From Paracoccus suum (GTDB lineage Bacteria > Pseudomonadota > Alphaproteobacteria > Rhodobacterales > Rhodobacteraceae), in assembly GCF_003324675.1 (NCBI RefSeq), contig NZ_CP030918.1:1440001-1472000 (forward strand): a DNA stretch of 32,000 nt. The letters are read 5' to 3'. Below the pieces are notes generated by a model. It saw only the letters and a program-made list of their open reading frames with translations. It was not told the DNA's origin and ran no database searches. How positions within the stretch are numbered: the first letter of the stretch is position 1; each line of letters begins with the position of its first letter. Positions 7,228-17,234 of the stretch are shown piece after piece. Position numbers and translations under genes: made by a program.

Positions 7228-8049
7228 ATGAAAACCTGTGTGCTGGCCGCAATGATCCTCGCCGCGCCGGCGATGGCCTGGGCCGATAAACTCGACGATC
7301 TGAAATCTGCGGGCAAGGTGACCATCGCCATCGGCAACGAGCCGCCCTTCACCGCGATCGATTCTGCCGGCAAGGTTTCGGGCGCCGCGCCCGATGTCGC
7401 CCGCGCGGTGTTTGAAAAGCTGGGCGTGCCCACGCTCGAGGCGCAAGTGATCGAATACGGCGCGATGATCCCCAGCTTGCAGGCGCGCCGCGTTGACGCC
7501 ATCGCGGCGGGCCTGTTCATGAAGCCCGAGCGTTGTGCCGCGGTGCTCTACTCCGAGCCGGTGCTTTGCGATGCGGAGGCCCTGCTGGTGCCCAAGGGCA
7601 ATCCCAAGGCCTTCCAGTCCTATGCCGATTTCGCGACCAACGCGACCGCCCGCCTCGGGGCGCCAGGCGGCGGCACCGAGGAAAAGCTGGCCCTCGACGC
7701 GGGCGTGCCGCGCGACCGGCTGGTTGTCGTGCCCGATCCGCAATCCGGCCTGAAGATGCTGCAGGACGGGCGGATCGACGCCTATTCGCTGCCCGTCCTG
7801 TCGCTGAACGACCTGCTGGCCAAGTCCAAGGACGCCAACCTCGAGGTGTTTGCCCCGGTCAAAGGCGCGCCGGTCTATTGCGACGGCGTTGCTTTCCGGC
7901 AGGGCGAGGAGACGCTGCGTGACGCGTTCGACGTCGAACTGGCGGCCCTCAAGAAGTCCGGCGAATTCGCCAAGATCATCGAGCCCTATGGCTTCTCGGC
8001 CGATGCGGCGCTGTCGACCAACCGCGAGGCGCTCTGCGCGCAGCAGTGA
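7228..8049 (+). CDS. ehuB: Ectoine/hydroxyectoine ABC transporter substrate-binding protein
   Basis: Within ORF 7174..8049. The ATG at 7228 is preceded by GGAG at a 6-nt spacing and yields a signal peptide MKTCVLAAMILAAPAMAWA. It is a polar amino-acid type (family 3) SBP. The GTG at 7174 would add an 18-aa acidic/polar extension before the signal peptide. Confidence 0.85.
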   Translation: MKTCVLAAMILAAPAMAWADKLDDLKSAGKVTIAIGNEPPFTAIDSAGKVSGAAPDVARAVFEKLGVPTLEAQVIEYGAMIPSLQARRVDAIAAGLFMKPERCAAVLYSEPVLCDAEALLVPKGNPKAFQSYADFATNATARLGAPGGGTEEKLALDAGVPRDRLVVVPDPQSGLKMLQDGRIDAYSLPVLSLNDLLAKSKDANLEVFAPVKGAPVYCDGVAFRQGEETLRDAFDVELAALKKSGEFAKIIEPYGFSADAALSTNREALCAQQ

Positions 8050-8056
8050 CCAAGGC

Positions 8057-8078
8057 GCCGCGGGACCGATCCCGCGGC
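8057..8078 (+). promoter_or_regulatory. Intercistronic GC-rich stem-loop after ehuB (9-bp perfect stem, 4-nt loop)
   Basis: GCCGCGGGA (8057-8065), loop ccga, TCCCGCGGC (8070-8078). Only a short TTT follows (8083-8085), so this is not a canonical intrinsic terminator. Confidence 0.6.
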
Positions 8079-8115
8079 CGCATTTCCTGAGTGAAACACG
8101 CAAGCGCGGGGCCTT

Positions 8116-8772
8116 ATGGGCGACTGGGCCGGATATCTGACGCTCATCCTGCAGGGCGCATGGGTCACCGTGCAGTTGACGGTGATGGGCTGCGCGCTCG
8201 CGCTGGTGGTCGCATTCGTCGCCGGCATGGGCCGCATTGCGCCTTGGGCGCCGGTGCGCTGGCTGGCTACCGCCTATATCGAGTTCTTTCGCGGCACCTC
8301 GATCTTCGTCCAGCTGTTCTGGATCTATTTCGTCCTGCCGTTGACCGGCCTCGCGCTGAGCCCGATGCAGGCCGGGGTTCTCGCCCTCGGCCTCAACGTC
8401 GGCGCCTACGGGGCGGAGGTGGTGCGCGGCGCGATCCTCGCGGTGCCCAAGGACCAGTACGAGGCGACGGTGGCGCTGAACCTGACCGGCTGGCAGCGGA
8501 TGCGGCATGTGATCCTGCCGCAGGCGCTGCCCTTGATGCTGCCGACCTTTGGCAACAATGCGATCGAACTGCTCAAGGGCACGGCGATCGTCTCGCTGAT
8601 CTCGCTGTCGGACATGACGTTCCAGGCGCAGGTCGTACGCTCGCAGACCGGCAACACGATGGTCCCGTTCCTGACAATCCTCGTCCTCTACTTTGTCCTG
8701 TCGCTCGTGATCTCGCGCCTGATGCGCTGGGTCGAGCGTCGGGCGACCCGCGGCCTGGACGGGGTGCGCTGA
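8116..8772 (+). CDS. ehuC: Ectoine/hydroxyectoine ABC transporter permease
   Basis: ORF 8116..8772, 218 aa. HisM/GlnP-type permease (FFRGTSIFVQLFWIYFVLP; EAA-loop-like region EATVALNLTGWQRMRHVILPQA). Confidence 0.85.
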   Translation: MGDWAGYLTLILQGAWVTVQLTVMGCALALVVAFVAGMGRIAPWAPVRWLATAYIEFFRGTSIFVQLFWIYFVLPLTGLALSPMQAGVLALGLNVGAYGAEVVRGAILAVPKDQYEATVALNLTGWQRMRHVILPQALPLMLPTFGNNAIELLKGTAIVSLISLSDMTFQAQVVRSQTGNTMVPFLTILVLYFVLSLVISRLMRWVERRATRGLDGVR

Positions 8773-9428
8773 TGGGTTGGGATTGGGCTTTCGCCTGGCA
8801 GATCCTGCCGGTCCTGCTGCAGGGCCTGAAGGTCACGATCATCGCCACCATCCTCGGCGCGGGCGTCGCCGTGGTGCTGGGCCTGGTCTTTGCCATCCTG
8901 CGCCGGTCGTCCAACCGGATCGTGGCGCGGGTGACCGGTTTTATCGTCGAGTTCATTCGCGGCACGCCGCTGCTGGTCCAGCTCTACTTCATCTTCTACG
9001 TGCTGCCCGACATCGGCATCCGGCTGCCCGCGCTGGCCGCGGGCGTTATCGGCATGGGCCTGCACTATGCGACCTACTTCGCCGAGGTCTATCGCGGCGG
9101 CATCGAATCCGTCGCCCGCGGCCAGTGGGAGGCCGCGCGCGCCACGAACCTGACCATGCGCCAGACATGGGTGCATGTGATCATCCCGCAGGCCGTGCCG
9201 CCGATGATCCCGGCGATGGCGAACTACCTGCTGGCGATGTTCAAGGAAACGCCGCTGCTGTCGGCCATCACCGTGCTGGAAATGATGAACCAGGCGAAAT
9301 CGGTGGCGAACACCCATTTCCGCTATGTCGAGCCGATGACCATGGTTGGCGCGCTGTTCCTGATCGTCAGCGTGATCTCCGTCATCGGGCTGCGCTGGCT
9401 GGAGCGCCGGTATGGGAGGCGCTCATGA
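8772..9428 (+). CDS. ehuD: Ectoine/hydroxyectoine ABC transporter permease
   Basis: The ATG at 8772 overlaps the ehuC stop (ATGA). MGWDWAFAWQILPVLLQGLKVTI...; paralogous to ehuC (FIRGTPLLVQLYFIFYVLP). The long upstream part of ORF 8091..9428 is out-of-frame read-through of ehuC. Confidence 0.85.
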   Translation: MGWDWAFAWQILPVLLQGLKVTIIATILGAGVAVVLGLVFAILRRSSNRIVARVTGFIVEFIRGTPLLVQLYFIFYVLPDIGIRLPALAAGVIGMGLHYATYFAEVYRGGIESVARGQWEAARATNLTMRQTWVHVIIPQAVPPMIPAMANYLLAMFKETPLLSAITVLEMMNQAKSVANTHFRYVEPMTMVGALFLIVSVISVIGLRWLERRYGRRS

Positions 9429-10174
9429 CCCCGCGCCTGTCCCCCTTGCCGGTCGTCCTCGACCGCGATCCGACGCCGCATCGGATCGGGCTGATCGCAC
9501 TGTCGACCGACATGACGACGGAACTCGATTACGCCCGTGTGCTGGTGCCGCGCGGCATTGCGGTTCATGTCACCCGCATTCCCTTTGCCAATCCCGTGAC
9601 GCCGCAGACGCTGGCCGCAATGGCGCCGGATATCGGCGCCGCAGCAGGTCTGATCCTGCCCGGCGAGGCGCTGGATGCGGTCGTCTATTCCTGCACCTCG
9701 GCCTCCGTTGTCATCGGCGACGAACGCGTGCGCGCGGCGATCGAGGGTGGCCGGCCGGGCGTCACCGCGATCACGCCGATCTCGGCAGGGTTCGCGGCGC
9801 TGCGCGCGCTCGGCGCGCGGCGGATCAGCCTGCTGACGCCTTACCTGCCCGAGACGACCGCGCCGATGGCGGCGCTGTTCGCCGAAGCCTTCGATCTCGC
9901 CGGCGTCAGCTGCATGGGCCAGACCGATGATCGCGCCATGGCCCGGATCAACGGCGTCACGCTGGCGGTGCAGGCACGGGCTGCCGTCGAGGCCGGATCG
10001 GACGCGCTGTTCATCGCTTGCACCGCGTTGCGGGCGGTCGAAAGCATCGCCGAGATCGAGGCGGCGGCGGGCGTTCCAGTCGTTTCGGCCAACCTCGCCA
10101 CCGCATGGGCGGTGCTGCGTGCTTGCGGCGATACCGGCGCCGCTGCGCCCGGCGCACTGATGGCGACGCCATGA
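9425..10174 (+). CDS. eutA: EutA, Asp/Glu/hydantoin racemase-superfamily protein (arylmalonate decarboxylase/maleate isomerase-like)
   Basis: The ATG at 9425 overlaps the ehuD stop (ATGA). Two Cys motifs typical of the superfamily (VVYSCTSASV, LFIACTALR). The position matches eutA in ehu-eut clusters. Confidence 0.8.
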   Translation: MTPRLSPLPVVLDRDPTPHRIGLIALSTDMTTELDYARVLVPRGIAVHVTRIPFANPVTPQTLAAMAPDIGAAAGLILPGEALDAVVYSCTSASVVIGDERVRAAIEGGRPGVTAITPISAGFAALRALGARRISLLTPYLPETTAPMAALFAEAFDLAGVSCMGQTDDRAMARINGVTLAVQARAAVEAGSDALFIACTALRAVESIAEIEAAAGVPVVSANLATAWAVLRACGDTGAAAPGALMATP

Positions 10175-11151
10175 GCCTGCCGGTCGATCTTGCGGATATC
10201 CGCGCCGCGCATGACCGCATCGCCGGCCGGGTGCGCCGAACGCCGCTGCTGCGCGACGAGGTGCTGTCCGCGCGGCTGGGCGTGACCGTGCTGATGAAGG
10301 CCGAGCATCTGCAGGACACCGGCTCGTTCAAGCTGCGCGGGGCGAGCAACGCGGTCCTCTCGCTGTCGGCCGACCAACTGGCGCGGGGCATCGTCACCGC
10401 CTCGACCGGCAACCACGGCCGGGCCTTGGCCCATGCCGCGCGCCTGTCCGGGGCGCGGGCCGTGGTGTGCCTGTCGCGGCTGGTCCCGGCCAACAAGCTG
10501 GCTGCGATCCGCGATCTGGGGGCAGAGCTGCGCATCATCGGCGCCAGCCAGGACGAGGCGATGGCCGAGGTCGCCCGCGCGGTAGCCGGCGAGGGAATGG
10601 CCCCGGTCGCGCCCTTTGACGACCCGGCCATCGTGGCGGGGCAGGGGACGCTTGGCATCGAGATCGCCGAGGACGCGCCGGAAGCTGAAATCGTGCTGGT
10701 TCCGCTGTCGGGCGGCGGCCTTGCCGCCGGCGTCGCCCTCGCCGTCAAGGCGCTGCTGACTCGGGCGCGCGTCATCGGCATCACGATGGAAAGTGGCGCG
10801 GCGATGCACGCCAGCCTTTCCGCCGGCAGCCCGACGCTGGTGGCCGAGCAGCCCAGCCTGGCGGATTCGCTCGGCGGCGGCATCGGCCTCGACAACCGCG
10901 TTACCTTTCAGATTTGCCAGGCGCTGCTGGACGACACGGTGCTGGTCAGCGAGGCGGAAATCGCCGCCGCGCTCCGCCACCTGCATGCCATCGGCCACAT
11001 TATCGAGGGCGCTGCCGCCGTCGGCCACGCTGCGCTGCTGGCGGGCAAGGTCCGCCCGCGCGGCCCCGTCGTCACCATCCTCTCGGGCAGGAATATCGAC
11101 CCGTCCCTGCACGCCCGCGTCATCGCCGGCGCAAACGGGGTTGCGGCATGA
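10171..11151 (+). CDS. eutB: EutB, PLP-dependent threonine/serine dehydratase-like enzyme
   Basis: The ATG at 10171 overlaps the eutA stop (ATGA). PLP lysine context GSFKLRGASN, plus TASTGNHGRALA. Confidence 0.85.
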   Translation: MSLPVDLADIRAAHDRIAGRVRRTPLLRDEVLSARLGVTVLMKAEHLQDTGSFKLRGASNAVLSLSADQLARGIVTASTGNHGRALAHAARLSGARAVVCLSRLVPANKLAAIRDLGAELRIIGASQDEAMAEVARAVAGEGMAPVAPFDDPAIVAGQGTLGIEIAEDAPEAEIVLVPLSGGGLAAGVALAVKALLTRARVIGITMESGAAMHASLSAGSPTLVAEQPSLADSLGGGIGLDNRVTFQICQALLDDTVLVSEAEIAAALRHLHAIGHIIEGAAAVGHAALLAGKVRPRGPVVTILSGRNIDPSLHARVIAGANGVAA

Positions 11152-12128
11152 GACCGCCGATCATCATCTTGACCGAGGCCGAACTGCGCGCGCTGGTGCC
11201 GCTGGACCTCGCCGCGATCGACAGCATGGAGGGTGCCTTTCGCGCGCTGGCGACCCAAGCTGTCGTCATGCCGCCCGTCATGCGCCTCGACATGCCGCTG
11301 GGCGAGGTTGACGTGAAAACCGCCTATCTGCCGGGCTTGCCGCATTTCGCGATCAAGATCAGCCCAGGCTTTTTCGCTAATCCGGCGCGGGGCCTGCCGT
11401 CCACGAACGGCATGATGGTCGTGCTGTCGGCCGAGACCGGGCTGGTCGAGGCGTTGCTGCTGGACAACGGCTACCTGACCGACCTGCGCACCGCCGCCGC
11501 GGGCGCAGTGGCCGCCCGACACCTCGCACGCGCGGATGCCGCGAGCGCCGCGATCCTTGGCGCCGGGATGCAGGCGCGCATGCAACTGCGGGCGCTGTCG
11601 CTGGTGCGGCCTATCCGGGCGGCGCGCGTCTGGGCACGCGACGGCGCGAAGGCGCAGGCCTTTGCGGCCGAGATGGCGCAGGCGCTCGATTTTCCCATCG
11701 CGGCGGCGGCGAGCGTCGAGGCGGCGGTCGAAGGGGCGGACGTGATCGTCACGACCACCCCCGCCAGCGAGCCGATCCTGCACCATGCGGCCGCCGGGGC
11801 GCATGTCACTGCCATGGGCTCGGACGCGCCGCACAAGAACGAACTCGCCCCCGCGCTGCTGGCGGGGGGCACCTATGTCGCCGACCGCCTCGCCCAGACA
11901 CGCATTCAGGGCGAGTTGCACCACGCCATTGCCGCCGGGCTGGCCGCCCCCGACGCGATATTTCCGGAACTGGGGCAGGTCATTGCCGGACTCGCGCCCG
12001 GCCGCACCGATCCCGCCGCCATCACCGTGACCGACCTGACCGGCACCGGCATCCAGGACACCGCAATCGCCGCCTTTGCCCTGACGCGCGCCCGCGCGGC
12101 CGGGGCGGGCCAGACCTTCACCGCCTGA
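11148..12128 (+). CDS. eutC: EutC, ornithine cyclodeaminase/mu-crystallin family protein
   Basis: The ATG at 11148 overlaps the eutB stop (ATGA). OCD-family features include YLTDLRTAAAGAVAARHLA and AILGAGMQARMQLRAL (NAD fold). Confidence 0.85.
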   Translation: MRPPIIILTEAELRALVPLDLAAIDSMEGAFRALATQAVVMPPVMRLDMPLGEVDVKTAYLPGLPHFAIKISPGFFANPARGLPSTNGMMVVLSAETGLVEALLLDNGYLTDLRTAAAGAVAARHLARADAASAAILGAGMQARMQLRALSLVRPIRAARVWARDGAKAQAFAAEMAQALDFPIAAAASVEAAVEGADVIVTTTPASEPILHHAAAGAHVTAMGSDAPHKNELAPALLAGGTYVADRLAQTRIQGELHHAIAAGLAAPDAIFPELGQVIAGLAPGRTDPAAITVTDLTGTGIQDTAIAAFALTRARAAGAGQTFTA

Positions 12129-12135
12129 GGACATC

Positions 12136-13317
12136 ATGCCCGACATCGAGCTGAAATTCACCCGCGCCGAATATGCCGACCGCCTGCGCAAGACCCGAAG
12201 CGCGATGGAGGCGAAAGGCGTCGATCTGCTGATCGTCACCGACCCCAGCAACATGAACTGGCTGACCGGGTATGACGGCTGGTCCTTCTACGTCCACCAG
12301 TGCGTGCTGGTCCCGCCGCAGGGCGAGCCGATCTTTTTCGGCCGGGCCATGGACGCCGTGGGCGCGCGCTTCACCGCCTATCTGGATGAGGTCAATATCA
12401 TCGGCTACCCCGATGATTACGTGATGAACACCCAGAAGCATCCGATGGATCTTCTGTCCTCGATCCTGACCGACAAGGGCTGGGGCGGGCTGCGCACCGG
12501 CGTCGAGATGGACAACTACTGGTTCACCGCCCGCGCCTTTGCCGCGCTGCAGGCGGGCCTTCCGAACGCGCGGTTCTCGGACTGTACCGCGCTGGTCAAC
12601 TGGCAGCGCGCGGTCAAGTCGGCCACCGAACTCGACTACATGCGCAAGGCCGGCGCGATCGTGACCAGGATGCACGAGCGCATCTTCGATGTAATCGAAC
12701 CGGGGATGCGCAAGAACGACCTCGTCGCGGAAATCTATGATGCAGGCATCCGCGGCACCGACGGTTTTGGCGGCGACTACCCGGCCCTCGTGCCGCTGCT
12801 GCCGTCGGGGCGCGAGGCGGCCGCCGCGCATCTGACCTGGAACGACAAGCCGATGAAGCCGAACGAAGGCACCTTCTTCGAGATCGCAGGCTGCTATCAC
12901 CGCTATCACTGCCCGTTGTCGCGCACCGTCTTTCTGGGCAAGCCGCCCAAGGTGTTCGTCGAGGGTGAAAAAGCCGTGCTGGAGGGTATGGAGGCGGGGC
13001 TCGAGGCCGCACGTGCCGGCAACACCTGCGAGCAGTTCGCGGGCGCGTTCTACGCCGTCCTCAAGAAATACGGCATCATCAAGGACGGCCGAACCGGCTA
13101 TCCCATCGGCGTCAGCTATCCGCCGGACTGGGGCGAGCGTACCATGTCCCTGCGTCCTGGCGACCAGACTGTGCTGGAACCCGGCATGACCTTTCATTTC
13201 ATGACCGGCCTCTGGTCAGACGAAATGGGCCTCGAGATCACCGAGTCCATCATCATCACCGAAGGCGCGCCGGAATTGCTGGCGAGCGTGCCGCGCAAGC
13301 TGTTCGTGAAGGACTGA
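12136..13317 (+). CDS. doeA: Ectoine hydrolase (M24 creatinase/prolidase fold)
   Basis: ORF 12136..13317. N-terminus LIVTDPSNMNWLTGYDGWSFYVHQ, then an M24 pita-bread domain. A GAGGA SD overlaps the eutC stop. Also known as eutD. Confidence 0.85.
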   Translation: MPDIELKFTRAEYADRLRKTRSAMEAKGVDLLIVTDPSNMNWLTGYDGWSFYVHQCVLVPPQGEPIFFGRAMDAVGARFTAYLDEVNIIGYPDDYVMNTQKHPMDLLSSILTDKGWGGLRTGVEMDNYWFTARAFAALQAGLPNARFSDCTALVNWQRAVKSATELDYMRKAGAIVTRMHERIFDVIEPGMRKNDLVAEIYDAGIRGTDGFGGDYPALVPLLPSGREAAAAHLTWNDKPMKPNEGTFFEIAGCYHRYHCPLSRTVFLGKPPKVFVEGEKAVLEGMEAGLEAARAGNTCEQFAGAFYAVLKKYGIIKDGRTGYPIGVSYPPDWGERTMSLRPGDQTVLEPGMTFHFMTGLWSDEMGLEITESIIITEGAPELLASVPRKLFVKD

Positions 13318-13322
13318 CCGAC

Positions 13323-14399
13323 ATGTCCGCCCCCGCCCCGTTGCGCGCATCGCCGATCCTCGCCACCGTGGATTTCGACCGCGACGGCATCCAGCATGGA
13401 TTCCTGCGCCTGCCTTACAGCCGCGACGACAGCGCTTGGGGGTCTGTCGTGATCCCCATCACGGTGGTCCGCAACGGCACCGGACCCACCGCGCTGCTGA
13501 CCGGCGCTAACCATGGCGACGAATACGAGGGTCCGCTGGCGCTGTTCGACCTCGCCGCCAGTCTGCGCCCGGAGGATGTGACCGGCCGCGTCATCATCGT
13601 GCCGGCGATGAACCAGCCGGCCTTCGCGGCCGGCACGCGCACCTCGCCGATCGACCGCGGAAACCTGAACCGCAGCTTTCCGGGCCGGCCGGACGGCACG
13701 GTGACCGAAAAGATCGCCGATTACTTCCAGCGCGTGCTGCTGCCCATGGCGGACGTGGTGTTGGACTTTCATTCCGGCGGCAAGACGCTGGACTTCCTGC
13801 CGTTCTGCGCCGCGCACATCCTGCCGGCCGAGGGCGAGGAAGTCCGCGCGCAAGAGGCCCGCGCCTTTGAACTGGTCGAGGCCTTCGGCGCGCCCTTCAG
13901 CGTGCGCATGCTCGAGATCGACGCCATCGGCATGTACGACACCGCCGCCGAAGAAATGGGCAAGGTCTTTGTCACGACGGAACTGGGCGGCGGCGGCACC
14001 GCCACCGCGCGCACCATTCGCATCGCCCGCGACGGCCTGCGCAACCTGCTGGTCGCCGCCGGGATCCTGAAGGGCGAGGTGCCCAAGGCCGCGACGCGCT
14101 GGCTCGACATGCCCGATTCCGATTGCTTCGTCTTTGCCGAGGACGGCGGGCTGGTCGAGTTCTGCGCCGATCTGGGCGATCCCGTCACCAAGGGCGAGCC
14201 AGTCGCGCGCCTCTGGCCGACCGGCCGCACCGGGGTAGCGCCCGCGATCCTGCCAGCCGGACGCAGCGGCATCCTGTGCGCGCGCCACGTCCCCGGCATC
14301 GTCAAGCCGGGCGACTGCCTGGCCGTCGTCGGGGTGGAGGTCCCGGGCGCCGAGGACATGGAAGGCCCGGGCCCGCGCGAGATCGAGGAGATCGCCTGA
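13323..14399 (+). CDS. doeB: N-alpha-acetyl-L-2,4-diaminobutyrate deacetylase (succinylglutamate desuccinylase/aspartoacylase family)
   Basis: ORF 13323..14399. Zn-site context GANHGDEYEGP and DFHSGG. It follows doeA directly. Also known as eutE. Confidence 0.85.
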   Translation: MSAPAPLRASPILATVDFDRDGIQHGFLRLPYSRDDSAWGSVVIPITVVRNGTGPTALLTGANHGDEYEGPLALFDLAASLRPEDVTGRVIIVPAMNQPAFAAGTRTSPIDRGNLNRSFPGRPDGTVTEKIADYFQRVLLPMADVVLDFHSGGKTLDFLPFCAAHILPAEGEEVRAQEARAFELVEAFGAPFSVRMLEIDAIGMYDTAAEEMGKVFVTTELGGGGTATARTIRIARDGLRNLLVAAGILKGEVPKAATRWLDMPDSDCFVFAEDGGLVEFCADLGDPVTKGEPVARLWPTGRTGVAPAILPAGRSGILCARHVPGIVKPGDCLAVVGVEVPGAEDMEGPGPREIEEIA

Positions 14400-15847
14400 T
14401 GACACTCGACCTTGCCGACCCCTCGCTGCTGCGCACTGACGGCTATGTCGGCGGCCAGTGGCTCGCCGGCTCGGGCCGCTTTGACGTGACGGACCCGGCC
14501 ACGGGCGAGATCGTGGCCCAGGTTGCCCGGCTGGACGCCGAGGCCGCGCGCGAGGCGGTCGAGATCGCCTACCGCGCCTTTGACGACTGGGCGTGGGAGC
14601 TGCCGCAGAACCGTGCCGAGGCGCTGTGGCGCTGGTTCGAGCTGATCGTGCAGAACCGCGAGGACCTGGCGCAGATCATGGTCGCCGAGCAGGGCAAGCC
14701 CCTGTCCGAAGCCCGCGGGGAGATCGACTACGCCGCCAGCTTCGTCGAGTTCTACGCCGAGGAAGCCAAGCGCCCGAACATCGAAAGCGTGACCTCGCAT
14801 CTTGCGACAGCCGAGATGGAACTCTGGCGCGAGCCAGTCGGCGTCGCCGCGCTGATCACGCCGTGGAATTTCCCCAGCGCCATGCTGACCCGCAAGGCCG
14901 CAGCTGCCATCGCCGCGGGCTGCACGGTTGTGTGCCACCCCTCGGCCGAAACGCCGCTGTCGGCTTTGGCACTCGCCGAGCTTGCCGACCGCGCTGGATT
15001 GCCGCCCGGGGTTTTCAACGTCCTGCCCGGCGTCGCGCCGGAGATCGTCGGCGCCTGGACCGCGCATCCCCGCGTGCGAGCCTTGTCCTTCACCGGGTCG
15101 ACGGAAATCGGCAAGCTGCTCTACCGCCAGTCGGCCGACACGGTGAAACGGCTGGTGCTGGAGCTGGGGGGCCACGCGCCCTTTATTGTGTTTGCGGCAT
15201 CGGACTTCGATCAGGCCGTCGACGAGGCCATCAAGGCCAAGTTCGCAACCAGCGGCCAGGACTGCCTCGGCGCCAACCGTTTCCTCGTTGAGCGCCCGAT
15301 CTACGAGCGGTTCTGCGCGGCGTTTGCCGAACGCGCCAGCCAGCTGACGCTGGGTCCGGGGGCACTTGACCGCGACCTTGGCCCGCTGATGAACGAGGGC
15401 GCGGTGCAAAAGCAGGAACAGCACGTCGCCGACGCGCTGGCTCGCGGCGCGCGCGTCCTGACGGGCGGTCAACGGGCGCCTGAGGGGCCGCTGTTCTACC
15501 AGCCCACGGTGCTGGCCGACGTGCCGACCGACGCGCTAATCTTTCACGAGGAAACCTTTGGTCCCGTGGCCGCCATCGTCCCCTTCGATACCGAGGACGA
15601 GGCGGTGCGCATCGCCAATGACACCGAATACGGGCTGGTGGCCTATGTCCACAGCCAGGACCCGCGCCGCATCTACCGTCTGACGCGCGCGCTCGATTTC
15701 GGGATGGTTGCCGTCAACCGCACCAAGGTGACCGGCGCGCCCATCCCTTTTGGCGGCATGAAGCAATCCGGACTGTCGCGCGAAGGCTCGCGCCACGGTT
15801 TGGAGGCCTTCACGGACATCAAATACGTCTGCCGCGACTGGTCGTAG
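14399..15847 (+). CDS. doeC: NAD(P)-dependent aldehyde dehydrogenase (aspartate/succinate-semialdehyde dehydrogenase type)
   Basis: The ATG at 14399 overlaps the doeB stop by 1 nt (TGATG). ALDH motifs [11 protein letters not shown] and catalytic-Cys context [11 protein letters not shown]. Also known as ssd. Confidence 0.85.
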   Translation: MTLDLADPSLLRTDGYVGGQWLAGSGRFDVTDPATGEIVAQVARLDAEAAREAVEIAYRAFDDWAWELPQNRAEALWRWFELIVQNREDLAQIMVAEQGKPLSEARGEIDYAASFVEFYAEEAKRPNIESVTSHLATAEMELWREPVGVAALITPWNFPSAMLTRKAAAAIAAGCTVVCHPSAETPLSALALAELADRAGLPPGVFNVLPGVAPEIVGAWTAHPRVRALSFTGSTEIGKLLYRQSADTVKRLVLELGGHAPFIVFAASDFDQAVDEAIKAKFATSGQDCLGANRFLVERPIYERFCAAFAERASQLTLGPGALDRDLGPLMNEGAVQKQEQHVADALARGARVLTGGQRAPEGPLFYQPTVLADVPTDALIFHEETFGPVAAIVPFDTEDEAVRIANDTEYGLVAYVHSQDPRRIYRLTRALDFGMVAVNRTKVTGAPIPFGGMKQSGLSREGSRHGLEAFTDIKYVCRDWS

Positions 15848-15860
15848 TGAGGAGATTACC

Positions 15861-17234
15861 ATGCTGAGCAACGATGAATTGGGCCTGTGGGACCGCGAAA
15901 GCTTTTTCCACCCTTCGACCAATCTCGGCCAGTTCGCGCGGGGCGAGGCGCCGCAGCGAATCGTGACGGGCGGCGAGGGCGTCCACATCACCGACCGGGA
16001 CGGCAACCGCCTGCTGGACGGTTTTGCCGGGCTTTACTGCGTGAACGTCGGCTATGGCCGCCAGGAGATCGCCGAGGCCATCGCCGAACAGGCGCGCGAG
16101 CTGGCCTATTACCATGCCTATGCCGGCAACGGGTCCGAGGTCGCGATCACGCTGGCCAAGATGGTGATGGACCGCGCGCCCGAGGGCATGGCGCGGGTCT
16201 ATTTCGGCCTTGGCGGATCTGACGCGAACGAGACGAACGTCAAGCTGGTCTGGTATTACAACAACATCCGTGGCCTGCCGCAGAAGAAAAAGATCATCAG
16301 CCGCTGGCGTGGCTATCACGGCTCGGGCCTGATGACGGGCAGCCTCACTGGGCTCGAGCTGTTTCACAAGAAGTTCGACCTGCCGCTGGCGCAGGTGATC
16401 CATACCGAGGCGCCGTATTACTTCCGCCGCAAGGACGCGGGAATGACCGAGGAGGACTTCAGCGCCCATTGCGCGGAGCAGCTCGAGCAGCTGATCGTGG
16501 CCGAGGGGCCGGACACCATCGCTGCCTTCATCGGCGAGCCGGTGCTGGGCACGGGCGGGATCGTACCGCCGCCCAAGGGCTACTGGGACGCGATCCAGAA
16601 GGTGCTGGCCAGGCACGACATCCTGCTGATCGCCGACGAGGTGGTCACCGGCTTTGGGCGGCTGGGATCGATGTTCGGCTCGGATCATTACGGGATCAAA
16701 CCGGACCTGATCACCTGCGCCAAGGGCCTGACCTCGGCCTATGCGCCGCTGTCGGCGACCATCGTTGGCCAGCGGGTCTGGGACGTGCTGATGCAGGGCA
16801 CCGACGAGAACGGGGTCTTTGGCCACGGCTGGACCTATTCGGCCCATCCCATCGGGGCCGCCGCCGGCGTCGCCAACCTGAAACTGATCGACGAACTAGG
16901 GCTCGTCGCCAACGCCGGCGAGGTGGGCGCCTATCTGAACGCTGAAATGACCAAGGTTCTGGGCGATCACCCCAATGTCGGCGAGGTGCGCGGCGAAGGC
17001 ATGCTCTGCGCGGTCGAACTGGTCGAGAACCGCGATACCCGCGCCTTCTTTGACCCCTCCGCCGGGGTCGGCGGCAAGGCGGTTGCGGCGATGCTGAAGC
17101 GCGGGGTTATCGCCCGTGCCATGCCGCAGGGTGACATCATCGGCTTTGCCCCGCCGCTGTGTCTGACGCGGTCCGAGGCGGACACCATCGTCTCTGTCAC
17201 CGCCGAGGCGGTGCGCGAGGTGCTGGGTGGCTGA
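15861..17234 (+). CDS. doeD: Class III PLP aminotransferase (L-2,4-diaminobutyrate transaminase type)
   Basis: ORF 15861..17234 with a GAGGAG SD. Motifs [15 protein letters not shown] and the Lys context [12 protein letters not shown]. Also known as atf. Confidence 0.85.
   Translation: MLSNDELGLWDRESFFHPSTNLGQFARGEAPQRIVTGGEGVHITDRDGNRLLDGFAGLYCVNVGYGRQEIAEAIAEQARELAYYHAYAGNGSEVAITLAKMVMDRAPEGMARVYFGLGGSDANETNVKLVWYYNNIRGLPQKKKIISRWRGYHGSGLMTGSLTGLELFHKKFDLPLAQVIHTEAPYYFRRKDAGMTEEDFSAHCAEQLEQLIVAEGPDTIAAFIGEPVLGTGGIVPPPKGYWDAIQKVLARHDILLIADEVVTGFGRLGSMFGSDHYGIKPDLITCAKGLTSAYAPLSATIVGQRVWDVLMQGTDENGVFGHGWTYSAHPIGAAAGVANLKLIDELGLVANAGEVGAYLNAEMTKVLGDHPNVGEVRGEGMLCAVELVENRDTRAFFDPSAGVGGKAVAAMLKRGVIARAMPQGDIIGFAPPLCLTRSEADTIVSVTAEAVREVLGG

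Noticed and set aside
6838-8508. A 556-aa antisense ORF opposite ehuA/ehuB/ehuC. Similar long antisense ORFs occur at 109..1086, 5007..6125, 9841..11112, 10908..12254, 12118..13197, 13194..14405, 13769..15472, 15819..16847, 21347..22273, 24665..25789, 26147..27310 and 31136..31975.
   Set aside because: Their translations are Arg/Gly/Pro/Ala/His-rich low-complexity strings with no recognisable motifs or hydrophobic cores. Each lies fully opposite a CDS that has clear family signatures. Stop-poor non-coding frames are expected in high-GC DNA.
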